Origin: Octopus sinensis
Taxonomy: Eukaryota
Direction of reading: 5' to 3'
DNA: 64,000 nucleotides
Assembly (NCBI RefSeq): GCF_006345805.1
Contig: NC_042998.1
Location: forward strand, 197,594,001-197,658,000
Below are positions 13,779-26,709 of this stretch, piece by piece. A program made the translations under genes and the position numbers. Numbering within the stretch: the stretch's first letter is position 1; each line of letters begins with the position of its first letter. The notes beneath the pieces are model-generated. The model saw nothing but the letters and a program-made list of their open reading frames with translations, was not told the DNA's origin and did not search any database.

Positions 13779-13999
13779 CCCTTTAGTGTTCGTATTATTC
13801 TGCCAAAATTAATACTTTTTTATCCTCATTGTTTTGAACTAATCATGCATTATCTTGTAGCTATGAGATTTTGATGAGGTAGCTGTTAATTTTTAAAACG
13901 ATATTGTAGGGTTGGTGTGAGAGACCAGATCTGGCCAGTTTGACCATAAAACAGGCAGAATACTTTTGGCCGGATATGGCCGGTTTAATTGCTAAAGGG
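13779..13999. mobile_element. piggyBac-type MITE family A
   Basis: TTAA|CCCTTTAG ... CTAAAGGG|TTAA. Further copies at 36228-36448 and 40365-40585; split copies at about 16100-16815 and 58370-58510. Confidence 0.85.
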
Positions 14000-15926
14000 T
14001 TAAATCACTCCCTGTTGTCTTATTGAAGGATACTTTGAACAGTGTATCCCTGTATATACAAAAAGAGCAGATTGTTACAACTGCAACACCTTTGATCATT
14101 GAACTGACCTGAGGTTAAACAGTAACAACTACTGGAACTAAGTGTGGTGCATGTAACAAAACTGGTTGTTGCTATGTAAATTGGCACCTGGGAATTGTGG
14201 TCATTGACAGTTCCAGGTAAATATGCACTCGTGAGTTGTAGTTGTTGCAGGTGCCATGCAAATAGCACCCATGAATTGTAGTCATGGTCACCACTGATAC
14301 CATGTAATTGGTATCTTATGGCAAAAAATGAGTTGGTCAAAGATTGCACCAATCCGACCGTGGCCGATGCCAGCCTCGCCTGGCACCTGTGCAGGTGGCA
14401 TGTAAAAAGCACCCACTACACTCACGGAGTGGTTGGCGTTAGGAAGGGCATCCAGCTGTAGAAACACTGCCAGATCAGACTGGAGCCTGGTGCAGCCTTC
14501 TGGCTTCCCAGATCCCCGGTCGAACCGTCCAACCCATGCTAGCATGGAAAGCGGACGCTAAACTATGATGGTGATGATGATGATGATGAAGTCTCTTGGA
14601 TCAGAGCTGACTTGAGGCAAAACAGCAACAACATTTAGTATATAGCCCTAAATATTTGCAACTCCTAAAACCTGTAGCTAATAATACATCCTTAATATTG
14701 TCAACACATCTTAACTATGGCTGCATTGAGTAACAGCCCTAAATATCATCAGCATGTCACCAAAACTTTTGTTACATGATGTTTCAGCCTTACACATAAT
14801 CAAAAAATCTAAACTTTGGTTACATGGAGTGGCAAGTCTTAACATGATTTAAATGTAAGCAATACATTTTGAGGAGGTAATCAACCCCGATACTTGATTG
14901 TTAATTACTTTATCAACCCTGTTAAACCAGAGGGATTTGAACTTAGCATGTAAAAGGATTTAACTGAATACCACGTATCATTTTGTCCTCTGTTGCTTTA
15001 TTGATTCTGTCAATCCACTATTTTAGATATGGTGAGGATGGCAACGACTGAATTTCAATGATGTTATTGGTGATTCTCATCATCATCAACATCAACATCA
15101 TTTAGTATCTATTTTCCCTGCTGGCATGGGTTAGACGGTTTGACAGGAAGTGGTAAGCTGGAGAATGTACCAGGTATCCAATCTGATTTTGGCATGGTTT
15201 CTATAGCTGGATGCCCTTCCTAACACCAATCACTCCAAGAGGGTAGTTCTAAGAATATAAAGTAGATTTAGAGCGATACGTTAACTGAATTTCAAAGGTG
15301 TACTTGTCATGCGAGTGATTTGATCTGAGATCATGTGTTGAAACTAAAATGATTGCAGCCTGGAAGATACATATTAGCCGTTCAGAATCACATGAAGATT
15401 GTCAACTTCACTTCAACGTTTATTATTTGCTGTCGGAATTTTTGTCACATAAACCAGGACCTGGTCACTGGTGTGTGTTTTGAATGGCTGAAGTTTGCAC
15501 AAATTCATCATCGTTTCATCGTTTAACGTCCGCTTTCCATGCTAGCGTGAGTTGGACGATTTTGACTGAGGGCTGGCGAACCAGATGGCTGCACCAGGCT
15601 CCAATCTTGATCTGGCAGAGTTTCTACAGCTGGATGCCCTTCCTAACGCCAACCACTCCGATAGTGCAGTGGGTGCTTTTTACGTGCCATCGGCACGGAG
15701 GCCAGTCAGGCGATACTAGCAACGACCTCGCTCGAATCTTTTTACGCATGCCACCGGTACAGGTGCCAGTAAGGCAACGCTGGTAACGATCACGCTCAAA
15801 TGGTGCCTTGTGATCAATAAATCTCATTTCTATTCTCTTATCTCCTGTTTACTTTAACGTCTTCTTTCACTTTCAATTTCCCATAAATCAAATCACTTGA
15901 CTGTTTTGTTTCTGTTTTACTTCTAG

Positions 15927-16072
15927 GACAAAGTTAATGAATTTTTCCAAAGTGGACACACAAATAACTGGGCTGTGCTTGTGGATACATCCCGGTTTTG
16001 GTTCAATTATCGTCATGTGGCCAATGTATTATCTATTTATCGAAGTGTAAAGCGATTAGGAATACCAGATAG
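15927..16072 (+). CDS. PIGK: PIGK exon 2
   Basis: ttctag|GAC ... GATAG|gtaaac; [48 protein letters not shown], the hallmark C13 peptidase/GPI8 N-terminal motif; 146 nt. Confidence 0.97.
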
Positions 16073-16178
16073 GTAAACAATTTGATCATGCATTTAACCT
16101 TTAAGCATTCAGATTACTCTGTGAAATCTAATGCTTCTTTATTCATGTTGTTTTGAATTAATTATGTATTATCGCATA

Positions 16179-16690
16179 CCGTAAATCCTCGAGTATAATC
16201 CGCATTTTCCCCCAAAAATTTAAAGGTCAAAATCCATAGTGCGTACTATATACGAGGTTAAAAATGAAAATTATTTTCTAAGCAATGTTCGAGTCTCTAT
16301 TTGCTGTCTGGCAATGTTTATTCAGACGCATTTTGTGATGTCGGGCGCGAAAATACCTTAAGCTAAGCCTGAAAGCAATGAAGCCATAAAAGAATCATCC
16401 ATAACTTGCAGTAAGCAACATTTATTAAACGTTATTACTGTTATTTCTTTATTTTCTGCAGACAAAATGCACAAAAACGCTACACGTTTGTATTATGTTA
16501 TATATACAATAATAATAAAGGACGTTACCGTATACATTTTTACAAACCATGGATGTTATATAGACCTCCTTGACTCAAGTTAGAGAAGGGGTGTGTATTA
16601 TACACAAGGTTTAGGTTTTTCAGAGATACAGTCCCCTAAAAATCCCCTGCGTATTATACTCAAGGGTGGACTATACTCGAGGATTTACGG
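16179..16690. mobile_element. Tc2/pogo-type MITE nested in a piggyBac MITE
   Basis: TA|CCGTAAATCCTCGAGTATA ... TATACTCGAGGATTTACGG|TA. Further copies and fragments at 58135-59405 and 61478-61690. Confidence 0.82.
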
Positions 16691-18834
16691 TAGCTGTGAG
16701 ATTTTGATGATGTGATATTATAGAATAGGTGGGAGTGACCAGATCTGGCTAGCTTAAACGTAAAACAGGTAGAATGTTTTGGGTTGGATTTGGCCAGTTT
16801 AAATGCTGAAGGGTCAAAGAGAGAGGCCTTCCCTACTTTTTAAAATTATTCCAGCAAATTATTTATTTTTTATTTTGTTTTATAGGTAAAATAAGATCCT
16901 ATTCTACAGACGACACAGATCTTATTCAAATTATTTTATTAAATTCAGAATGCAGTTGTTTATTGATGACTAAATTCTCTTGCAGTAGCCTCACTAGAAA
17001 TATGACATCAATAATTCAGCATCCTGATATACAAATAGCTGTTGGTCTTTATTTACTATGACTGTTAATCAATTTCTTTTCATGGAAACCTCTTTAAGTG
17101 TAATGTGCTAAAAGGAGTTTTTACTCAAATCATATTAAATTTAATCTGGAATAAAAAGAAAAGCTGTTAATGACAATATTTACAAGGAAGGCTTAGGAGG
17201 GGTTGCTAAAATTAAAACTAATTAAAAATTAAATTGAATTTGGAAATTGTAGTTGTGATCCCTGTGCTGGTTGCACGTAAAACGCACCATTCGAACGTGG
17301 CTGATGCCAGCACCGCCTTGACTGGCTTCCATGCCGGTGGCACGTAAAAAGCACCAACCGATCGTGGCTGTTGCCAGCCTCGCCTGGCACGTAAAAAGCA
17401 CCCACTACACATGGAAAACGGACGTTAAACGATGATGATGATGATGATGATGAAATATGCAGTATAGAGTGAGTTAGTTCAATGGTTAATTATGATGGCA
17501 GCCCTGAACACATTTCAGTCTTATTAAATTTCCTCAGGGAAGTATAATCTGACACTTACTAGATCATAGAACTGAGAAGTGATGTTTTTATTTAAAATTT
17601 GCCTAATAGGTGAATAATCTTCACTGATAAAACTATATATCTTTGTTCAGTTGTCCTGTGATCTTGTATGTGTTAAAGGAGGTCTATAAGGCTGAAATAT
17701 ATTCAGAATTGTCCCTGTCCATGCCAGAGATCAGACCCAATCACCATTGCATGGATATGTTTGTTTTAATCAGTTTAACTTTTGGAGTTCTTTCCTTGCC
17801 TTCTTTGGAAAAATTGTCATGAATGTCTTTTCATTACAAGTGTAATTTTGGTTGAATAAATATTCTTTTTGGCTCATTAGATGAGTATGTCAGACTGAAC
17901 TTTAATATATCCTGTCAATATTGGCATTGAAACGTTTTTTGCTCTGTGTGGGGTGGGATTCAAAATGGTGACATTGTGTATTATAGGCATCAAACAGGAA
18001 TGTGTGATTAAGTTGGGAGTGTAATACTTCATCATCATCATCATCATCATTATTTAACGTCCGTTTTCCATGCTAGCATGGGTTGGACAAAAAAAATATT
18101 GTTTTATCAGAAATAATTGAGCACTATTCATAACTCTTTTATGGTATCTGAGATCTGTATGGAGGAAATTCTTCTCGGGCCACTGATCTGGCTTGAATGT
18201 TTGCTAGGGTGAGGTGATGATGTGGAATCAGGTGACAGATCAAGTCTATAATCCAACAACAGGAACAGTCCCACAACAGGATCTACACAGTTTCTGTTTA
18301 CCAAATATCAGTCATTAGGTTCTGTCAACTTCAGGCTAGGATAAAAGACACTTATTGAACCTGTAACTACATAGATGCAAAGTGAACTTCTTAACCACAT
18401 AAAATCAATCATCATCATCATCATCATCATCGTTTAACGTCCGCTTTCCATGCTAGCATGGGTTGGACGATTTGACTGAGGACTGGCAAACCAGATGGCT
18501 GCACCAGGCTCCAATCTTGATCTGGCAGAGTTTCTACAGCTGGATGCCCTTCCTAATACCAACCACTCTGAGAGTGTATTGGGTGCTTTTATGTGCCACC
18601 GGCATAAGGGCCAGTTTGGTGGTACTGGCAACGGCCACGCCCAGACGGTCCTTTTTACGTGCCACCTGCACAGGAGCCAGTCCAGCGGCACTGGCGACAA
18701 CCTCGCTTGAATGTTTCACGTGCCACCAGCACAAGTTCAATGGATTAACAAAATATTAAAGCAATTAGAATGGTGTTTGTGTGGAGTAGTATTGGTTTCT
18801 TTGGAATAATGCAGTTTATTAATTTATTTTACAG

Positions 18835-18893
18835 TCACATTATATTGATGGTTGCTGATGATATGGCCTGTAATGCTAGGAACCCTCATCCTG
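18835..18893 (+). CDS. PIGK: PIGK exon 3
   Basis: ttttacag|T ... CCTG|gtgagt; (S)HIILMVADDMACNARNPHP, including the Cys equivalent to human C92 that bonds PIGT; 59 nt. Confidence 0.95.
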
Positions 18894-18989
18894 GTGAGTA
18901 GTTTAATAGCTTTTACTAAATATGTGTAGGTATATACGTCATCATCATCATCGTTTAACATCCGCCTTCCATGCTGGCATGGGTTGGAT

Positions 18990-19832
18990 GGTTTGATATC
19001 TATCTATTTAGTATGCTTTATTATTATTTTTATAAAGGGATTTAACGTATTACATATAATTTAATTTGAGAATTAATTTTGTTAGACAATACATTATTTA
19101 ATAATTAGGCGGTATATTTATCACGTAGTATTACATTTAAGTAAATTAGTTTTTATATTAATTCATATTTTGGTCAACTATATTATTGAATGATATATTA
19201 AATCTATAGATACTACGTATATATTAATTTTATAGTTAGTTTATATAATGGGTTTGTCTATATTTGAACCATTTCTTATTTTTGATTCCAGTATTTATGG
19301 CTTGTACTAGCATTGTGTATATTAATTAATTTTAACGTTTTTAGTATTAATTGCTTAATGGGTATTAGACTGTATTTGGATGTTTATTAAATATATATAT
19401 TAATTAATAATTTGATTTAATGTATATAATTCAAAGTGTTGTATTTAGTTTTCACGTAATGTATATTTTCTATCTTATATATATAGATATCTATTTTAAA
19501 GAATATATTTATATTTTAAAAGATTATTTATGTATATTTATTAATTAATTATTTTATTATTGTAGTTATTTTTAACCTGATGAGTGGCTATATTTATATT
19601 GAAGTGATTTTACTACTACTACTAATATTTTTACTATAATCATTTCTGAAATATAGCCACGAAACGCATGTTGTTATTCTACCAAATATATACGTTTTAT
19701 TTATTATTTTGCACATTACTTAATCATCGGTATATTTTTTTTATCGTATATTTAATATTTCTATTATATGTAATTTTCTAGATGGTGTAAATAAATTTTT
19801 CATTTTGAATTGATGAAAGGTGGTTTTTTCTA

Positions 19833-19835
<3 letters not shown>
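18990..19835. mobile_element. Very AT-rich Penelope-like element remnant
   Basis: Carries the hammerhead motif. Its right end (19750-19835) recurs at 30300-30400 and in inverted form at 30160-30290. Confidence 0.5.
19562..19682 (+). ncRNA. Type I hammerhead ribozyme motif in a Penelope-like AT-rich remnant (PIGK intron 3)
   Basis: Core CTGATGA 19577-19583; 12-bp stem II gtggctatattt/aaatatagccac with a further gaagtgatt/aatcatttc helix; GAAA 19661-19664; short stem III AC-gcat-GT; GUU triplet; stem I taac/gtta plus gtag/ctac. Confidence 0.65.
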
Positions 19836-19875
<40 letters not shown>

Positions 19876-20709
19876 GGCGCAGGAGTGGCTGTGTGGTAGG
19901 TAGCTTGTTTGCCAACCACATGGTTCTGGGTTCAGTCCCCCTGCGTGACATGTTGGGCAAGTGTCTTCTACTATAGCCTCGGGCCGACCAAAGCCTTGAG
20001 AGTGGATTTGGTAGACGGAAACTAAAAGAAGCCTGTCGTATATATGTATGTATATATATGTATGCGTGTGTGTGTTTGTATGTCTGTGTTTGTCCCCCTA
20101 GCATTGCTTGACAACCGATGCTGGTGTGTTTATGTCCCCGTTACTTAGCAGTTTGGCAAAAGAGATCAATAGAATAAGTACTGGGCTTACAAAAGAATAA
20201 GTCCCGGGGTCGAGTTGCTCGATTAAAGGCGGTGCTCCAGCATGGCCGCAGTAAAAAACGACTGAAACAAGTAAAAGAATAAAAGAAAGAAAGAATATAT
20301 ATGAGGAAATACTTTGTGTGCATGCACACACACACACATGCGTATTTGCACAGCATTAGGTTTAGTCTATGAAGGTGTATGTTACAAGGCTGTGTTTGAA
20401 GCTGTCCAGCTGATACAAATCATTAAGTGAGAAAAGTATTTCCACACTTATTTGATAATGATAAATCAAAAAGCCATGTCCATAAATCGTAGTTTGTCGT
20501 CATACCTATATATATAATCTTGTGACTAGACGTGTGTGTGTGTGTGTGTATAATGGATTAAACTATGTATCTTCTTTTAACTAATTATACAGCTGTGTGA
20601 CAGAATCACAAGAAATTAGCTTAATGTAAAGAGAAAGAGATTTGAAGGAACATGATATAAGAGACTGCCTTTAGAGGATACCAAAAAGAAAAGCCTCTGC
20701 TAATGTTAA

Positions 20710-21099
20710 CCCTTTCGTTACTGTATTTATTTTGAGATGTTCTGTGTTTCTTTCACTTAATTTTAATTATAACAAAGAATTTAGTAAAATAACTTAGTCA
20801 TCATTTAGCTGGTGTTAGGAACATAAATTGTGACTAAGGTTTGATGGAAGATTTTAATTCAAAACTTATGAAAACAAGACATTTGTATTACAGAGCCAGA
20901 GCCGGTTTCAGCCGGGTTGGTAATGAAAGGGTTAAATATAACAAAAAATTTAGTAAAATAACTTAGTTATCATTAAACTAGTGTTGGGAACCTAAATTGT
21001 GACTAAGGTTTGGTGGAAGATTTTAATTCAAAACTTATGAAAACAAGACATTTGTACTCAGAGCCAGAGGCGGTTTCAGCCGGGTTGGTAACGAAAGGG
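20710..21099. mobile_element. piggyBac-type MITE family B with partial tandem duplication
   Basis: TTAA|CCCTTTCGTTAC ... GTAATGAAAGGG|TTAA (20710-20931), then a repeat of its 3' part to 21099. An inverted copy lies at 33274-33493. Confidence 0.82.
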
Positions 21100-21337
21100 T
21101 TAAGGCACCTATGTTGAAAAAACAAAGTGTATCATTTTATAGTGAGTTTCTACAAAGTTCTCATCTCTTTTCCTTCATATTTTGGTACAAAGGCTATCAA
21201 AATAGATACAAAGTTTAAGCAGAGATACTGTAAAATTGAATCCAGGGAGTGATCTGCTACACAAGTTTATATTTTTAAACATTTCAGTTTAAAAGTCAAT
21301 GCACAAGAGATAATATTGCTACTTTTGGTTTTTTCAG

Positions 21338-21414
21338 GTACTGTATTTAATAATGCTAACCAGCACATAAACGTTTATGGTGATGATGTTGAAGTGGATT
21401 ACCGTGGATACGAG
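21338..21414 (+). CDS. PIGK: PIGK exon 4
   Basis: ttttcag|GT ... GAG|gtaggg; (G)TVFNNANQHINVYGDDVEVDYRGYE; 77 nt. Confidence 0.95.
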
Positions 21415-24400
21415 GTAGGGATCTGCCAAACACATTTTAGTTAAACTTTGACTAATATTTTGTTGTGTCTGGGGAGCAATTTTACATTAAACTGAAGGAT
21501 TACTCAATACTTTTTGTAAAATGCATATTTACAATAATTTTTTCAAGAAGAGTGAAGGCATCCACTCCAAAGCTTTGGCCTCCTAACCTTCAATGGACTG
21601 TCTAATCACAAACACACACACACACATACACACACACACACGACAGGCTTCTTTCAGTTTCTGTCTACCAAATCCACTCACAAGGTTTTGGTTCACTCAA
21701 GGCTACAGTAGAAGACACTTTCCCAAGGTGCCATGCAGTGGGACTGAACCTAGAACCATGTGGTTGGGAAGCAAGCTTCTTAACACACAGCCACTCTTGT
21801 GCTTGTGTATCTTGGAAAATATTTTATATTTTTAGTCAGATGGGAAAGTATTGCTTGTGACTTCTCACTTTGAGTTTTCTAGGAAGGTATCCTAAAATTG
21901 GAGACTTGGTTCAAATGCTTGCAACAGAGTGGACTCTGCTAAATGTATTTAAGGGACCAGGAGCTGGTGTTAAACTGGGTAACAGGTTAAGTCCATCACC
22001 CAAGTAAGCTTTTAACAATATGATTTTAACTCAAAATGCAAAGAGCTGAAACAATTACTGCTAGATATCATCATCATCGTTTAACGTCCGCTTTCCATGC
22101 TAGCATGGGTTTGACGGTTTGACTGAGGGCTGGCGAACCAGATATGGCTGCACCAGGCTCCAATCTTGATCTGGCACAGTTGTAGAAACTCTGCCAGATC
22201 AAGATTGGAGCCTGGTACAGCCATCTGGTTCGCCAGCCCTCAGTCAAATTGTCCAACCCGTTCTAGCATGGAAAGCGGACGGTAAACGATGATGATGATG
22301 ATCATCATCATCGTTTAACATCCGTTCTCCATGCTAGCATGGGTTGGAAGGTTCGACCGGGGATCTGGGAAGCCAGAAGGCTGCACCAGGCTCCAGTCTT
22401 ATCTGGCAGAGTTTCTACAGCTGGATGCCCTTCCTAACGCCAACCACTCCGTGAGTGTAGTGGGTGCTTTTTACGTGCCACCTGCACAGGTGCCAGGCGA
22501 GGCTGGCAACGGCCACGGTCGGATTGGTGCAATTTACGTGCCACCGGCACGGAAGCCAGTCGAGGCGGCGCTGGCATCGGCCACGAGTCGGATAGTGCTT
22601 TTTACGTACCACCAGTCCAGGGTTCCTGGCATCTGTCGGGTGCCAGTCATAGGATTGGTTGAATTCGATTTCGATTTCACTTGCCCCAACATGTCTTCGC
22701 AAGCAAAGGGGGTTGGCATGGGTGCCTGTCGTCGGATGGTCCAATATTCTTACACTGTTGCCAATCCATTGCCCTGAATTAGTGCTTTTTTATTGCCTTC
22801 AGTAGGATGAAAATCAAAGTTGATCTCAGTGGGATTTGAGCATAGAGTGCTGATTTTTAAAGCAAATGCCACGTGGCAGTCTCTCTGTTCTTGTTGTTAA
22901 GACTCTGCTTATTTGAAACCTGTTTGCTACTGAGACATATTTTCATGAGTAACTGAAACACATTTGTGTGCAACCTTGGCTGTGGGGTAAAGATATTTAT
23001 GTTTCAGGCACATGGTTTTGGGTTCATTTCCATACTGTGACACCATGGGCTATTATGTTTACTAAAGCCTTGGGCTAGCCAATGCTTTGTGAGGGAAATT
23101 GGTTGGTGGACACTTAACAGAAGCTTGTTCTGTGTGTGTCTTCCCAGTTGTATCTTAGCAGACTATTTATAAATACATCGAAATTGAACCAAATTCAATG
23201 ACTGGCACCCATGCCAGTGGAGCGCCAACAGCTCCATCCAAGTGGGATCACTGCCAGAGCAGCTGTCTGGGATGTAAGGAGCACCACTTGAGTGTGATCG
23301 TTGTCAGCATTGCCTCACTGGCACTTGTGACGGTGGCATGTGAACAAAACATTCAAGCGAGGTCGTTGCCAGTGCTGCTGGACTGGCTCCTGTGCAGGTG
23401 GCACATAAAAAACACCATTTTCAAGCATTGCCTGACTGGCCATCGTGCCGGTGGCACTTTAAAAGCACCCACTACACTCTCGGAGTGGTTGGCGTTAGGA
23501 AGGGCATCCAACTGTAGAAACTCTACCAGATCAAGATTGGAGTCCGGTGCAGCCATCTGGTTCGCCAGACCTCAGTCAAATCGTCCAACCCATGCTAGCA
23601 TGGAAAGCAGACGTTAAACGTTGATGATGATGAACATCACTGTTTAAATGATGAGGTCATAGTTTATGTCTGCTGCAAAAATGTCCCTCTGTAGAGCAAT
23701 TTGCCATTCAAAACATTAAGGGAATAAGAATGTGGTTTAGAAACATGTATGAACTGGTAACAGGAAGAACATCCAGCTATAGAAAAACTACCTCTATAAA
23801 TCTTGTATAACCCATGGTAAAATGGGAAAAGCAGATGTTAAAATGATGAAGATGTGGCATGCTTCTTGCTGATATCCTCTCATTTGCAAAACATGAGAGG
23901 AATCTAGTAATTAGTTTGTCTCTCTTGCTCAGAAACTCGGTCATCTACACTCTCACTTAAACTCCTACTTGTGAAGACCTGTTGAGGCAAGTGAGAATCG
24001 AAATCGATCAACATCAATGGAAATTGCAGCTGTGATACCAGTGCCGGTGGCATGTTAGAGAACCATCCAAATGTGGCCGTTGTCAGCACCGCCCTGACTG
24101 GCCTCGTGCTGGTGGCACGTAAAAAGCATCATCCGTTCGTGGCCGTTGCCAGCCTCGCCTGGCCCCTGTGCTGGTGGCACGTAAAAGCACCATCCGATCA
24201 TGGCCGTTTGCCAGCCTCACCTGGCCCCTGTGCCATAGGCATGTAAAAGCACCACCCGATCGTGGCTGTTCGCCAGCCTCGTTTGGCACCTGTGCCGGTG
24301 GCACGTAAAAAGCACCCACTACACTCACGGAGTGGTTGGCGTTAGGAAGGGCATCCAGCTGTAGAAACACTGCCAGATCAGACTGGGTCTGGTGCAGCCT

Positions 24401-25093
24401 TCTGGCTTCCCAGACCCCAGTTGAACCGTCCAACCCATGCTAGCATGGAAAGCGGACGCTAAACAATGATGATGACTCCTGCTTATAGGTATATAAGTAG
24501 ACAGCCTTACGGTACACTCACACACTTTCACAAATAAACCCTTTTTCTCACTCTCACAGACTTTCTCCCTTCTTACTAATTTCTCTGCCACCTCTACCTT
24601 GTCTTGATACTCACCTTGCAGTCATTTGTGTACTCACTACATTCTTACATGCTTCCAAACTGAGCCACTCACGCACATCATCATCATCATCATCATCATT
24701 TAATGTCTGTTTTCCGCGCTAGCACGGGTTGGACGGTTCGACCGGGGTCTGGGAAGCCAGGGGCTGCTCCAGGCTCCAGTCTGATCTGGCAGAGTTTCTA
24801 CGGCTGGATGCCCTTCCTAACGCCAACCAATCCGCGAGTGTAGTGGGTGGTTTTTACGTGCCACCGACACAGGTGCCAGTGGGGGGGCGGGGGTCCGGCA
24901 TCGTCCACGATCGGTTGGAGCTTTTAACATGTCAGTGGCACGGAAGCCAGCCAAGGCAGCGCTGGCAACGTTCGGATGGTGCTTTTTATGTGCCACCGGC
25001 ACAGAAGCCAGTCGGGGCGGCGCTGGCATCGGCTTGTTAATTCCCTGGCATCGGCCTGTTAATTCCTTGTTAATTCCCTGTTTCTCTTTCCAG

Positions 25094-25205
25094 GTAACTG
25101 TGGAGAACTTTGTACGTGTCTTGACTGGCCGTCTTCCTCCCAGCACTCCGCGATCCAAAAGACTGTTGTCTGATGAGAGAAGCAATATTTTAGTCTACAT
25201 GACTG
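25094..25205 (+). CDS. PIGK: PIGK exon 5
   Basis: ctctttccag|GTA ... ACTG|gtaagt; VTVENFVRVLTGRLPPSTPRSKRLLSDERSNILVYMT; 112 nt. Confidence 0.97.
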
Positions 25206-26145
25206 GTAAGTTTCTTTAGTATTACTTCAGTGTTGCTAAAAACAAATTACAAAATAAGTGTGATTGTGTGGTAAGAAGATTGCATGCCAATCATATGGTT
25301 CCAGGTTCAGTCCCACTGTGTAGCAGGGTATATGTGGGTATATGTCTTCTACTAAAATGCCAGGCTGAGCAAGGCCTTCATCATCATCATCATCATCGTT
25401 TAACGTCCGTTTTCCATGCTAGCATGGGTTGGACGGTTCAACTGGGGTCTGGGAAGCCAGGGGCTGCACCAGGCCCAGTCTGATCTGGCAATGTTTCTAC
25501 GGCTAGATGCCCTTCCTAACGCCAACCACTCCGAGAGTGTTGTGGGTGCTTTTTATGTGCCACCTGCACAGGTGCCAGGGGGGTCCGGCAAACGGCCACA
25601 ATCGGATTGGTGCATTTTACGTGCCACCGAAGTGGATTTAGTTGACAGAAACTGAAAAAGCCCATTATATATATATCGCAGGTGTGGCTGTGTGGTAAGA
25701 AGCTTGCTCCCCATTCACATGTTTCTGGGTTCAGTCCCACTGTGTGACACCTTGGGCAAGTGTCTTCTACTACAGCCTTGAGCAAACCAAAGTCTTGTGA
25801 ATAGATTTTGCACATAGAAACGGGAAGAAGCTTGTCTTATCTTATATATATATGTGAATTTTTCCCTGTAAGTTAGGATTAATATTCCTTCAAATAATTA
25901 TTATATATATATATGTATGTATGTATATATATGTCTATATATATGTATATAAATATATGTATATATATATGTGTGTCTGTGTATGTATATATATATGTAT
26001 ATAAATATATGTATATATATGTATATATATGTGTGTGTGTATATATATATATATAGTTAATCCAAACAAGAAAACACAAAAAAACACAACAATGCGAGGA
26101 CGTGGAACAAATATAGTATTATTGGACGCTCAGGAAAGAAGGAGG

Positions 26146-26180
26146 GTTTGACGTTTCGAGCGGAGCTCTTCGTCGGAAAC
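26146..26180 (-). ncRNA. Minimal hammerhead ribozyme motif (U4C variant) in a Penelope-like remnant
   Basis: Minus strand gttt-CCGACGA-a-gagc(tcc)gctc-GAAA-CG-TC-aaac: palindromic ACGT helix III and GUC site, typical of Penelope-like minimal hammerheads. Confidence 0.5.
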
Positions 26181-26709
26181 ATAGGAGAAGGAAAGATCCA
26201 GAAAAGGGAAGACAGAGGAAAAAAAATCGCCAACGGTACACATGAGGTCACATTTTGAAAATATATATATATATATATATATATAGGGAGAATTCACAAA
26301 AAACGAAAGACAAAGACAGGTGGTGTACACAACAAAACAGATGTATTAGTTTAACACTCAGGAAGTGAGAAAGTCTTTAAGTAACACGTTTGTTTCTGTA
26401 TTTTATGTTGTTTACTGTTGGTGACGTCCTGTACCCATATATGCACATACATATACATACATACATTTATATATATATACAACAATTGCAGCATGGAAGG
26501 TGTTTATAAGCCATTTAAGAAATACACAAAAAAACGTTAGATTCACTTTCACATCATTTAAATTTAATTTGTCGAAATATTTCCGTCGCTTTGAGACCGC
26601 GACCTTTTCACTGACAAAACTCCGTGCTGCACGGAGGTGCAGCATATACATACACATGCATACTTGCACAAAAAATGCACATATACCTCCCCAAACAACC
26701 CCTCGTTCA

